From: Candidatus Altiarchaeota archaeon
GTDB lineage: Archaea; Altiarchaeota; Altiarchaeia; IMC4; SCGC-AAA252-I15
DNA length: 64,000 bases
Direction of reading: 5' to 3'
NCBI GenBank assembly: GCA_043813075.1
Contig: JBDRLL010000010.1
Coordinates: 1-64,000, forward strand
In this document: in pieces, positions 28,639-37,826 of the stretch
Position numbering within the stretch: the first letter of the stretch is position 1
How the letters are laid out: every line of letters begins with the position of its first letter
Program-made: the position numbers and the translations under genes
Notes under the pieces: generated by a model
Databases searched by the model: none
What the model was told of the DNA's origin: nothing
Seen by the model: only the letters and a program-made list of their open reading frames with translations

Positions 28639-30937
28639 GCTAATACTATGGGTGGTGTTGTCGACCGTGATATTCCAGGGCATTCTCCTAGCCGTGGCCA
28701 CACCCCCCTCCGGAGTGGTCCCGGACAAGAAGACTACCGCGGAGATAGTGAAGGTCTTCTCCTCCGACGTTGACGAGGCGGTGGAGGGTCTTGCGGGAGT
28801 CAAGATAGGCTCGCTAACATACAATCCAACCGTATTCTGCCCTCCAGGAGCGTCAGACTGCAAGGTGACTGCCGGCGTCAGCGAGATGATAGACACGTTC
28901 ATAAGCCTGACCATCCCATTCTACGTCATAGCAGTCCTGTTCACCGGATTATTCTTCATATTCAAGAGCGGCTCCCCAAAGGCGCGGGCAAGAGCGAGGT
29001 CCATGTTCCTGAAACTCCTGTACGGAATGTTCTTCGTCGTCATGTCGCCCGCAATCTACCAGGTGATGCTGGACATGGACGTCCTGCTCGTAAGGTACCT
29101 GGTGCACGACATACCTGTGACAATGGACTTATGGTTCTTCGAACTCTCACTGCCAGGCAACCCGCTGCCCCCGGTCGGAAAATACCTGAACGTGCTATCC
29201 CATCCCATAAGCTACGCTCCGGGAGGCATAGCATACTGCATGTTCATGATAGTCTACCTGATGGCAGTCATATTCGCCTCCATAATCGCGTGGGTGCGCA
29301 ACATACTGGTGTTCGTCTACGGCGTATTCTTCCCCATAATCGTCTTCTTCTACTCATTCGACCCCACCAAGGCTTGGGGCAAGAAGTGGTTTAACGACGC
29401 GATAAAATGGGTTTTCGTTCCCGTAATACAGGCCGCGATACTCGCCTTCACCATCGCCATAGTCTTCAGCGTTTCACAGTCAATGAGCTTCAACACCCCT
29501 GTGATGAATTCAATGGTCTTCTTCGCGATATGCGCTGGAAACGCGTTGTTCGCGGCAGCACCCCTCATAGTCGGACAGGTCATGGGATGGTTCGGCAACG
29601 CCATAGTCGCGATGGGATTGGGGAGCGGTAGGACGTGGATGGTGGCGTGGGGCGGGATACTCGCAGGCCAAGGCCACTCCGGCATAGCATACGCTCACTC
29701 GGAATACTCGCGACAGAGGGCCTATGAAAACATGATGGCAGCCAACTACGGGATGATCGACATGGGCTACCAGGTTCAGGGCATGCGCGGTGCAGGCGCT
29801 ATCGCCGCAGGCAGGGACGGCGGCGGGATGATAGGCGGCGGTGGCGGTGGAGTGCAAGCACTCGGCGCAGACGGTACCGCAGCATCCGTAGTGGCTCCTG
29901 CTGTAGGCCACGCCAGGCCTGGCATGAGACGGACTGCGCTAGGCAGGATGCGTGCCGCAGCCCAGAGGGCGCACGGCGACTACAGCAGTTTCGTCGACCA
30001 CAGCGACGACTTCAGCGCAGAAGATTCAACGGAGGGAGGCGGTGTTCCAAGTTCCGCTGGGGGGGAAGATAGTGTGGGCGGGCATGCGGGAACCACAGGC
30101 CACGGAAGCCCTGGAAGAGCTGGCGGCAGAAGGGGGCGTGCCGGCGGAGTCACTTCAGCGCGCCGACAGCCGGCTGGAAGGCCTACGGCACCCGGTCCTG
30201 CAGGCGAACCTGCAGTGGAGGCGGACACTGGCGCGTCAAATCCTATGGACAAGAGCCTCGACGAGCTGGCGATGGATCAGGCTACTGGTGGAGGAGACAA
30301 GCCAGCAAGCCCTTACGCTGTTGACTCGAATGCTGACGATGGGCAGGGCGTGTCAGGCGGCATGGACATGGACATGCCTTCCGCAGTGGCTGCCGCAGCA
30401 AGGGCGGGCAAGGGGGGTAAGGGCATATTCTCTGAGATAGCTAATGAACTGGATTCAAAGCAGTCTGCCGAGCAGAAGGTGACAGCCTCTCCCGGCAAGC
30501 CTGAACCACTGCCTGTGGACCAGCAGGGCGGGGACGTGGATCAGGGCAAGGTGGGCGGTGACGACGAGTACCATGACCGGTGGGAGGCTAGCGACAACAA
30601 GGATGTTGCTGGCATGAAGCCCGCGTTGGCTGCAGGCATGGGCGGCGGCAAGGCCGGCTCGACACCCGACGGTAGGCGGATGGAGAATCAGTCCGCTGAG
30701 GCTGCGAAAAAGCAGGCTGATGACATGCGGACCGCCGAAGAACAGCGTGCGTTAAGACAGAGCGGGGAGCGGGAGCATGAGGAGGCAGGCCAGAGGGGTG
30801 TGGCAGTGCACCAGCGGTTGGGGCGTGAAGGAGTCAAGGATCACGAGGCAAAAGGCAAGGAAGGCAGTGCAGAGTCAGAGGAGTCTGCTAACGCTGAACG
30901 ACGCAAGCAGGATATGAAGAAGAATTCTAGGAAGTAG
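28625..30937 (+). CDS. VirB6/TrbL-like membrane protein with long Gly/acidic low-complexity tail
   Basis: About 7 TMs; R...FP....Y.FDPTKAWGKKW...F.P motif; C-terminal ~400 aa appears disordered. Confidence 0.65.
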   Translation: MGRTKLILWVVLSTVIFQGILLAVATPPSGVVPDKKTTAEIVKVFSSDVDEAVEGLAGVKIGSLTYNPTVFCPPGASDCKVTAGVSEMIDTFISLTIPFYVIAVLFTGLFFIFKSGSPKARARARSMFLKLLYGMFFVVMSPAIYQVMLDMDVLLVRYLVHDIPVTMDLWFFELSLPGNPLPPVGKYLNVLSHPISYAPGGIAYCMFMIVYLMAVIFASIIAWVRNILVFVYGVFFPIIVFFYSFDPTKAWGKKWFNDAIKWVFVPVIQAAILAFTIAIVFSVSQSMSFNTPVMNSMVFFAICAGNALFAAAPLIVGQVMGWFGNAIVAMGLGSGRTWMVAWGGILAGQGHSGIAYAHSEYSRQRAYENMMAANYGMIDMGYQVQGMRGAGAIAAGRDGGGMIGGGGGGVQALGADGTAASVVAPAVGHARPGMRRTALGRMRAAAQRAHGDYSSFVDHSDDFSAEDSTEGGGVPSSAGGEDSVGGHAGTTGHGSPGRAGGRRGRAGGVTSARRQPAGRPTAPGPAGEPAVEADTGASNPMDKSLDELAMDQATGGGDKPASPYAVDSNADDGQGVSGGMDMDMPSAVAAAARAGKGGKGIFSEIANELDSKQSAEQKVTASPGKPEPLPVDQQGGDVDQGKVGGDDEYHDRWEASDNKDVAGMKPALAAGMGGGKAGSTPDGRRMENQSAEAAKKQADDMRTAEEQRALRQSGEREHEEAGQRGVAVHQRLGREGVKDHEAKGKEGSAESEESANAERRKQDMKKNSRK

Positions 30938-30938
30938 A

Positions 30939-32147
30939 ATGGCATTCAGTGACGAGAAGGAGTCTGAGATAAAGAAGGTCCAGGAAGACATCCAGATGGA
31001 CGAGCGGGACATAAGGCGTATCGAGGAGATAACAGAGGAAGCCCGCATAAGAAACAAGATAATACGGGCGGAGATAATGGACGCCGGCAGGCTCCAGGTC
31101 AGCGACTCTGCTGAAGAGTCTGGTGAAATACGGCACGGCGGGGACGGGGACGATGATGACGGCAGCGGCGGGAAGAAGATTGAGCTAACGCTAGGCAAGA
31201 AGGATGTGGAAGGAGGTTCACTAACAACGTTCGGGGAGATATTCGGCCCCGGAGCGGAGATATCATTCAGGCCTTCCGGTGACGTGACTGTCCGAATGGA
31301 TTCCGGCAGGCTCGACTCAGCGCTCGGCAACGTGATGCATCAGGAGAGCGCCTTCCTCGGCAAAACAGGGTCGCGAAGCACCCCCCGCACACGGGTGCCT
31401 GTCGTCAGCGGCTTGAGGGAGCTTTTAACCAGGCGTTCCATGGACCGCCTAAGGTTGATAAACTCCAGAAGGCCTCTGAACTCGGAGGAAGTCAATCAAT
31501 TCCGGTGGCTCATGGAAGGGCAGGACCATTCTCACGTGAGGCGGTGGTTCGCTCCCGGATTGGACTCGTTCAACGCGGTCCGCATGGGGGAGGAGTTACG
31601 CCAGCTCAACAAGAGGTCTCTCCACGAGAACCTGGAGCAGGATGATGAGGAGAAGCGGGCCTGGCTCAAACAGCAGATTGGCTGGCGTCTGTCAGACGAC
31701 GAGAGGAAGGAACTCGGATGGACGGGCCCCCGCTACGGCGAGGAGGCTGGCGTGTTAGGCTATGTGAAGCCCTACCTGTTCATCACCAACTACGACATGC
31801 TCACTTGGAGGAGGAGGAACGCGTACTGGTGGTGGCGTGACAACCTATTCCTCAGGACCCAGCACAACCTAGTCCGCAGGTGGCTGCCAAAGAAGTCTAA
31901 GCTATGGTGGGCGACCAAGTACAAGAGGAAGGCGATAGAATCCATGTTCGACGACATGGACGAGGAGATATACAACGAGAAATGGTATAAAGAGCAGGGT
32001 AAGGTTCATAAGGAGCTGGAGGACTACGAGGAGGAGATACGCGGATTCGACGCCTTCACAGTGCAGGAGGAGAAGGAGATAGAGAAACTATACGCTAAAT
32101 GGCTTGACGAGCAGAAGAAGTGGGAGACGTTACAGGAGGCATACTAG
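30939..32147 (+). CDS. Hypothetical soluble protein (N- and C-terminal coiled coils, Trp/Arg-rich patch) in T4SS-like operon
   Basis: 402-aa ORF starting 1 bp after the previous stop. Confidence 0.7.
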   Translation: MAFSDEKESEIKKVQEDIQMDERDIRRIEEITEEARIRNKIIRAEIMDAGRLQVSDSAEESGEIRHGGDGDDDDGSGGKKIELTLGKKDVEGGSLTTFGEIFGPGAEISFRPSGDVTVRMDSGRLDSALGNVMHQESAFLGKTGSRSTPRTRVPVVSGLRELLTRRSMDRLRLINSRRPLNSEEVNQFRWLMEGQDHSHVRRWFAPGLDSFNAVRMGEELRQLNKRSLHENLEQDDEEKRAWLKQQIGWRLSDDERKELGWTGPRYGEEAGVLGYVKPYLFITNYDMLTWRRRNAYWWWRDNLFLRTQHNLVRRWLPKKSKLWWATKYKRKAIESMFDDMDEEIYNEKWYKEQGKVHKELEDYEEEIRGFDAFTVQEEKEIEKLYAKWLDEQKKWETLQEAY

Positions 32148-32188
32148 CACATTAATTAACAATTATACTAAATTCCTAATGTAATAAC

Positions 32189-33073
32189 ATGCCCTACGCG
32201 ATACCTGCAAACATAAGATACGAGGAGAGACTTGTCGGCCCCCTAACCATAAAACAAAGCCTATACCTCGCGTTCAGCCTTGTTGGGGCATGGATGATAT
32301 ACAACAACGAGGGTATTCCCGAAGTAGCGAGGCTTCTGGGCGCTCTATTTCTCACCGGAATCGGTCTCGGACTTGCCTTCGCCAACCTTGACGTATGGGC
32401 TAGGAACTACTTCAACTTCATGAGGCAGGCCAAGAAGACCTCATGGATATCGCCTGCCGCAAGAAAGCTCATGAACATACAGTCGATAAGGGCTGACACG
32501 GTATTCCTAAAGGATCATGGCGTCCTTGGTCTTATCGGCGTTAAGCCCATAAACTTCGGCGTCCTCTCCGAGCAGGATAAGGACACGGTCATCTACGGTT
32601 TCCTCGAGTTCCTGAACTCCCTCAACTTCCCCATACAGATAGTCATGCGTAGCGTCAACCTGGATCTTGAGGACTATCTCACCCACCTTAAGCGGCGCAT
32701 CACCCAGCGGGACGACAAGGTCGCGCTCGCCTACTACGAGCACTTCGCGGAGTACATGCGGAGTTACATCAAGATAAACAAGATCAACGACAGGCACTTC
32801 TACGTGGTTGTTCCGGGAAAGAAGAAGAAGACAGAGAAGGAGACAATAGACTACCTGACCACCCAGTGCAATGAGATAATGGCGAGGCTGGGGCTTTCCG
32901 GAATAGTCGCCGAGAGGCTTAACACGAACCAGCTGATAAACTTCTACAGCAGCTACTTCACGGAGACTTTCGAGATATACGAGAGCTACATAAGCCCGAT
33001 AACGCTATACCGTAAGATGTGGCGTGAGGCGCCTAAGATGGTGAATCCAAAGCATTCCAAGGGGGGGGCGTAG
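32189..33073 (+). CDS. PrgI/VirB3-like protein fused to a VirB4-N-terminal-like domain
   Basis: IPANIRYEERLVGPLTIKQ plus two TMs (PrgI pattern); KPINFGVLSEQDK...FLNSLNFPIQI; RHFYVV. Confidence 0.8.
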   Translation: MPYAIPANIRYEERLVGPLTIKQSLYLAFSLVGAWMIYNNEGIPEVARLLGALFLTGIGLGLAFANLDVWARNYFNFMRQAKKTSWISPAARKLMNIQSIRADTVFLKDHGVLGLIGVKPINFGVLSEQDKDTVIYGFLEFLNSLNFPIQIVMRSVNLDLEDYLTHLKRRITQRDDKVALAYYEHFAEYMRSYIKINKINDRHFYVVVPGKKKKTEKETIDYLTTQCNEIMARLGLSGIVAERLNTNQLINFYSSYFTETFEIYESYISPITLYRKMWREAPKMVNPKHSKGGA

Positions 33074-35353
33074 ATGGCCATGGTTGGCGGTGGCAGCAAG
33101 TCGACGGTGGCTAAGCCGAAGGTTGAAGTCGAGTCCTACACAGAGTATGAGGACCGTCTTATCGAATACCTTACTTCCCCATCCACGATAGTCACGCACT
33201 CCAAGACCATACAGATAGCGAAGTTCCACCAGGTTATCGCTGCCATAAACTATCCCCGCCTCGTGGACCCGGGTTGGATGACCCGGCTCATCGAGATGAA
33301 CATGGACTTCGACCTGGCGCTCCACATAAACCCGTACACCGTCGACACGACCATAAAGCTCCTGGAGAACGAGATAAAGAAGCAGAAGACGGACATATAC
33401 TCGATGGAGACTGAGGGCAAGATAGTCCCCCAGTCGCTAATACAACAGCACCAGGATACCATGGCACTCCTCCAGCTGATACAGGAGGGCACTGAGAAGA
33501 TGTTCGACATAAGCCTCTACATAGACGCGAAGGCCTATACCACGGAAGACTTGGAGCGCGTGAGCAAGCAGATACGCGACACCATGAACTCCCTCATGAT
33601 AACGCCCAAAGTCCCGGCATACCAGATGTATCAGGCGCTGCGTTCGGTGCTGCCCATAGGAGTGGACGACCTACATGTGACGAGGAACATAACGTCTTCC
33701 GCGGCGGCAGCATGCTTCCCGTTCGCTATAACATCGCTAGAACAGCATGCGACAGGCATACTAATCGGATTCAACGAGTATAACAGCATACCCATAATAG
33801 TGGACCCGTGGGAGCTCAGCAACCCAAACATACTCGTCTTAGGGACGTCAGGGGGCGGTAAAAGCTATGCCATAAAACTGTTGCTCATGCGGGAATTCAT
33901 GGAGGGGGTCAGCATAAACGTCATAGACCCGCAGGGCGAGTACGCCGACCTAATACGCACGTTCAACGGGGATGTTATAAACATCGCCCCCAACTCGGAC
34001 AGCGTCATCAACCCGTTCGACATGATGGACCAGACATTCGACGAGAAAAAACTATCCCTCCTCGCGTTCTTCCGCTGCCTTCTCGGAGAGCTGACAGAGC
34101 CCCAGCGGGCTATACTGGACGAGACAATAGACCGCGCATACGAGGAGAAGGGGATAAACGCAGACCCGAAGACGTGGAGCAAGGAGCCGCCACTGCTTGA
34201 AGACCTATACAATGAAGTGCTGCCCCTCACAAAATCAAGCAAGGACATAATCTACAAGCCGGCGATGGCGATAGTCAACCGCGTTAAGAGCTACGTGTTC
34301 GGCCCCATGAGGTTCCTGAACCAGCACACCAAGATAGACCTATCCAACCGGATGATATCATTCGACATAAAGGACTCCCCAGACATCGGCAAGGGCGTTG
34401 TCATGTTCCTAATACTCGAATACGTCTACACCCAGATGAAGAAGTCCAAGTCCCGGAAGATACTTGTGATAGACGAGGCATGGACCGTGTTGAGTGCCGG
34501 CGAGCAGGCTGAATACATCCTAAGGCTTGTGAAGACCTGCCGTAAATTCAATCTCGCCCTCGTGATGATAACCCAGGACGTGGAGGACGTGCTTGTTTCA
34601 AGGGCAGGTCGTGCAGTGCTCACGAACACTTCAACCAAACTATTCCTCAAGCAGGACACGTCAGTCATAGACCAGATCGCGGAGAGATTCCACCTTAACA
34701 TGTCTGAAGTCAGGTTCCTGAAGGTTGCCACAATGGGCCACGCACTTCTGATGGCGGAGACCATGAAGGTTCCGATATACGTCACCGCATCGCCTGAAGA
34801 GCATAGGATAATCACCACCCGGCCTGATGAGATGATGCAGATGGAGGCTGTCAGGCGGCCGGAAGGCACGGACCTGGTTAAGGAGCTTGACATAAACTAT
34901 CCAATACACCGTAAGAGCGAGCTGTCAGACCAGCATATCGTAGTGCTGTCTCAGAGAGGATTCCAGGAGCTCAGGGTGAAGACACTGCACGGGGAGTCGG
35001 AGCTGTTCCTCGTTAAAAACGAGACGGACGAGACGGACGAGCACTTCATAATACAGCACCTGATACTGCAGGAGATAAAGAACTACACTCAGAAGGGCCT
35101 GATACACCACACCCGGCTGCCTGACGTGACTTTCGAGAACAATATAGGGAAGATGATTGCAGTGGAGGTTGAGGCTGAAGTGGGGCTTAAGAGGAGCTTA
35201 GACAACCTCCAGGAGAAGCTTAACGTTATGAAGAAATACGACGACTACTTTATAGTGACCACCAACCCCGTCCTGAAGCGGGATTACGCCCAGAATTTCG
35301 GCGTAATCATATCCCCCCTTGAGGTCCCCGCCAAGATAGCCTCATACTTTTAA
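33074..35353 (+). CDS. VirB4-like (HerA/FtsK superfamily) ATPase with C-terminal PD-(D/E)xK-like domain
   Basis: Walker A GTSGGGKS, IDPQGEY, INPFD, Walker B LVIDEAW and RKFN..ITQ motifs; tail EH...LPDV...IAVEVE. Confidence 0.88.
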   Translation: MAMVGGGSKSTVAKPKVEVESYTEYEDRLIEYLTSPSTIVTHSKTIQIAKFHQVIAAINYPRLVDPGWMTRLIEMNMDFDLALHINPYTVDTTIKLLENEIKKQKTDIYSMETEGKIVPQSLIQQHQDTMALLQLIQEGTEKMFDISLYIDAKAYTTEDLERVSKQIRDTMNSLMITPKVPAYQMYQALRSVLPIGVDDLHVTRNITSSAAAACFPFAITSLEQHATGILIGFNEYNSIPIIVDPWELSNPNILVLGTSGGGKSYAIKLLLMREFMEGVSINVIDPQGEYADLIRTFNGDVINIAPNSDSVINPFDMMDQTFDEKKLSLLAFFRCLLGELTEPQRAILDETIDRAYEEKGINADPKTWSKEPPLLEDLYNEVLPLTKSSKDIIYKPAMAIVNRVKSYVFGPMRFLNQHTKIDLSNRMISFDIKDSPDIGKGVVMFLILEYVYTQMKKSKSRKILVIDEAWTVLSAGEQAEYILRLVKTCRKFNLALVMITQDVEDVLVSRAGRAVLTNTSTKLFLKQDTSVIDQIAERFHLNMSEVRFLKVATMGHALLMAETMKVPIYVTASPEEHRIITTRPDEMMQMEAVRRPEGTDLVKELDINYPIHRKSELSDQHIVVLSQRGFQELRVKTLHGESELFLVKNETDETDEHFIIQHLILQEIKNYTQKGLIHHTRLPDVTFENNIGKMIAVEVEAEVGLKRSLDNLQEKLNVMKKYDDYFIVTTNPVLKRDYAQNFGVIISPLEVPAKIASYF

Positions 35354-35379
35354 CCCACCCCACGTAATACATAACCGTT

Positions 35380-35547
35380 ATGATTAACCTATTGCGGGAC
35401 AACAGTTCATGCAGGTATAGGGTAAACAACAGGTGCTCCAACTCGCAGATTGCCAGCAGTCCGATAGTGGATGACTCGCTCCAGTCCCGGTGGTATTGCA
35501 GCAACTGCGAACACTATTCTGCTTCAACACAGGCTGGAGTCGAATAG
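35380..35547 (+). CDS. Small 55-aa four-Cys protein (below ORF-track cutoff)
   Basis: MINLLRDNSSCRYRVNNRCSNSQIASSPIVDDSLQSRWYCSNCEHYSASTQAGVE*; fills the gap between the ATPase and pilin 2 on the same strand. Confidence 0.55.
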   Translation: MINLLRDNSSCRYRVNNRCSNSQIASSPIVDDSLQSRWYCSNCEHYSASTQAGVE

Positions 35548-35570
35548 AGTTAAAACACCTTTGATTCGAG

Positions 35571-35873
35571 ATGAGGAACTGGAAGGCACTACTTTGTTTG
35601 ACGGTCATCGCGGGCTTGGCTGGCTTAGCTTCCGCTGCCGTCCCGGCGTGCGGCATAAACATAGCTGAATTCAGTTTCGTCATAGAGCAACTCAAGACCA
35701 TCGGGGAGGCGGGCGCCGTACTGATGATAACATTCGAGGGCGCGAAATACATAACTTCAACCAGCGCCGAGGAACGGGAGAGCAACAGGAGGGGTGTTAT
35801 ATACGTGGTGATAGGCATAATCCTCATAAATGTGGCAGTAGACCTCGTAAGTTATTTCATGTGTTCAACCTGA
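35571..35873 (+). CDS. VirB2/TrbC-like pilin 2
   Basis: Signal peptide; GAKYITSTSAEERESNRRGVIYVVIGIIL matches the pilin 1 pattern. Confidence 0.72.
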   Translation: MRNWKALLCLTVIAGLAGLASAAVPACGINIAEFSFVIEQLKTIGEAGAVLMITFEGAKYITSTSAEERESNRRGVIYVVIGIILINVAVDLVSYFMCST

Positions 35874-35908
35874 TTTTTTTGCTTTTAATCACCTAATTTC
35901 AATAATCT

Positions 35909-36268
35909 ATGATGGAATTAAGCTTATCTACGGCTTTAAAAAGGGGTTTTCAGCTGCTATTCCTGCTGTCGATAATATCCTCTACAGCAGCCTCCATATC
36001 CCTAAAGGATGCGGTCGGAAGCATGTGCGAGCTCGCTGACGCATTGGGCCTGCTGGTCATAGGCATAATGGGTGCCCGCTGGGTCATAGCAGACAGCGCC
36101 CAGGAGCGGTCTGAGGCGAAGAAGGGCATAATATACGTGGTGGTCGGCCTCCTGGTGGTCCATAGCATGGGGACCCTTATGACCGAACTATACATAAATC
36201 CTGCCAACGCTGCAGGCATATCCATAAGCCTTGGGCCTGGGATTCCATCTCAATGTCAAATAATTTAG
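35909..36268 (+). CDS. VirB2/TrbC-like pilin 3
   Basis: Signal peptide; GARWVIADSAQERSEAKKGIIYVVVGLLVV. Confidence 0.72.
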   Translation: MMELSLSTALKRGFQLLFLLSIISSTAASISLKDAVGSMCELADALGLLVIGIMGARWVIADSAQERSEAKKGIIYVVVGLLVVHSMGTLMTELYINPANAAGISISLGPGIPSQCQII

Positions 36269-36281
36269 CTTCTGTTCGATA

Positions 36282-37826
36282 ATGGCGTTCAACACCCGTG
36301 AGATAAAAGAGTCGTCTAGGGAAGACTTCCGGAAAGCATGGCTGGAGACTGCCAGCCTAATACCCGGCGAGAGCAGTATAGACTACTCCGGCGGCGCAGG
36401 CAGGCCCCACGCCATACACGATCTCATACAGGATGTGAGAATAGTATTCCTGAAACTCGGCTTCGACGAGGTCGAGAACCCCATATTCGTTTCAGAGGAG
36501 GACGTGTACAAGCAGTACGGTCCTGAAGCCCCGGTCATACTCGACCGCTGCTACTATCTTGCCGGCCTACCCCGCCCCGACATCGGTTTAAGCGACGAGA
36601 CGGCAGGGGAGATAAGGAAGATTGCTGACGTGAAGATTGACGCACTGAAGAACATATTCCGCCAGTACCGTGCGGGGGAGATAGAGGGCGACGACATGGT
36701 GGAGGAGATGGTGAAACGCCTAAAGCTGGATACTGAGGAAGCCTCCCAGATACTCGGCCTGTTCCCGGAGTTCAAGAACATAACGCCCCAGGCAGGCAAG
36801 AACACCCTCCGCAGCCACATGACTGCCGCATGGTTCCCGACTCTAGCGGCAATGCAGGACGTCTACGACCTCCCGATGAAGCTCTTCTCTGTGGGCCTCA
36901 GGTTCAGGAGGGAGCAGAAGGTCGACTCCAGCCACCTTCGCGCACACTATGGCGGCTCTTGCGTGATAATGGGCGAGGACATAAGCCTCAAGGCCGGGAA
37001 GAAGCTGACTGAAGAGATACTCAACGCCCTCGACTTCGGTGACGTGCGCTTCGAGCTAAAGAAGGCGACCTCCAACTACTACGCCCCAAAGACGGAATAC
37101 GAGGTGTATTCCGGCGACATAGAGGTTGCTGACATCGGAATGTACTCGCCGGTAGCGCTCGCGAACTATGAGATAAGGCATAACGTATTCAACCTGGGGT
37201 TCGGGCTCGAGCGCATACTCATGGTGAAAAACAAGGTTGCGGACGTTCGTGAAGTACTATACCCCCACATGCACGGCAGGATAGAGTTGGATGACAGCCA
37301 GCTGGCCGGCGAAGTCGGCGTTGAAATAAAACCGTCAACAAAGGAGGGTAAGATGATTTCAGACGCGATAGTCGAGACAGCGTCCGCAAACGCGGAAGCC
37401 AAGTCACCCTGCGAGTTCACCGCCTACAAGGGGAACGTGGGCGGCAGAAACGTTGAAGTCAAGGTGGTTGAACGCGAGAAAGACACGATGCTCCTAGGCC
37501 CCGCAGCATTAAACCAGGTGTACGCTTACGACGGAAACCTCTACGGGCTGCCGGAAGACACCTCAAAGCTTAAGGCCAACATGGCGGAGGCGCTGGAGAA
37601 GGGCGTGAATTCAGGGGTCTCCTTCATAAGGGCGGTCGCCGACTATGCTGCCGCTGAGATAGAGTCCGCCAGCGATGACGGGACAGTACGATTCAAGATG
37701 GCGAAGACTCCAGCGGACGTGAACATACTCGTCAAGGGAAAGGCCAGGAGATTCATACTATCCCACAACAAGACCATATCCGTCAAGGGGCCGGTGTTCA
37801 CCAGCATAGAGTATTCCTTCAACTAG
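36282..37826 (+). CDS. sepS: O-phosphoseryl-tRNA(Cys) synthetase (SepRS)
   Basis: KQYGPEAPVILDRCYYLAGLPRPDIG, TLRSHMT, FRREQ, GMYSPVAL and NLGFGLER motifs. Confidence 0.93.
   Translation: MAFNTREIKESSREDFRKAWLETASLIPGESSIDYSGGAGRPHAIHDLIQDVRIVFLKLGFDEVENPIFVSEEDVYKQYGPEAPVILDRCYYLAGLPRPDIGLSDETAGEIRKIADVKIDALKNIFRQYRAGEIEGDDMVEEMVKRLKLDTEEASQILGLFPEFKNITPQAGKNTLRSHMTAAWFPTLAAMQDVYDLPMKLFSVGLRFRREQKVDSSHLRAHYGGSCVIMGEDISLKAGKKLTEEILNALDFGDVRFELKKATSNYYAPKTEYEVYSGDIEVADIGMYSPVALANYEIRHNVFNLGFGLERILMVKNKVADVREVLYPHMHGRIELDDSQLAGEVGVEIKPSTKEGKMISDAIVETASANAEAKSPCEFTAYKGNVGGRNVEVKVVEREKDTMLLGPAALNQVYAYDGNLYGLPEDTSKLKANMAEALEKGVNSGVSFIRAVADYAAAEIESASDDGTVRFKMAKTPADVNILVKGKARRFILSHNKTISVKGPVFTSIEYSFN

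Noticed and set aside
33074-35353. HerA of a HerA-NurA repair or defence module
   Set aside because: No nurA, mre11, rad50 or Sir2 partner is present; the neighbours are PrgI-, VirB6- and pilin-like.
823-36268. Integrative conjugative element inserted at tRNA-Thr
   Set aside because: The tRNA-end duplicate is only 178 bp away, no integrase is visible, and essential genes (aRF1, pheT, iscU) lie between the tRNA and the T4SS-like genes.
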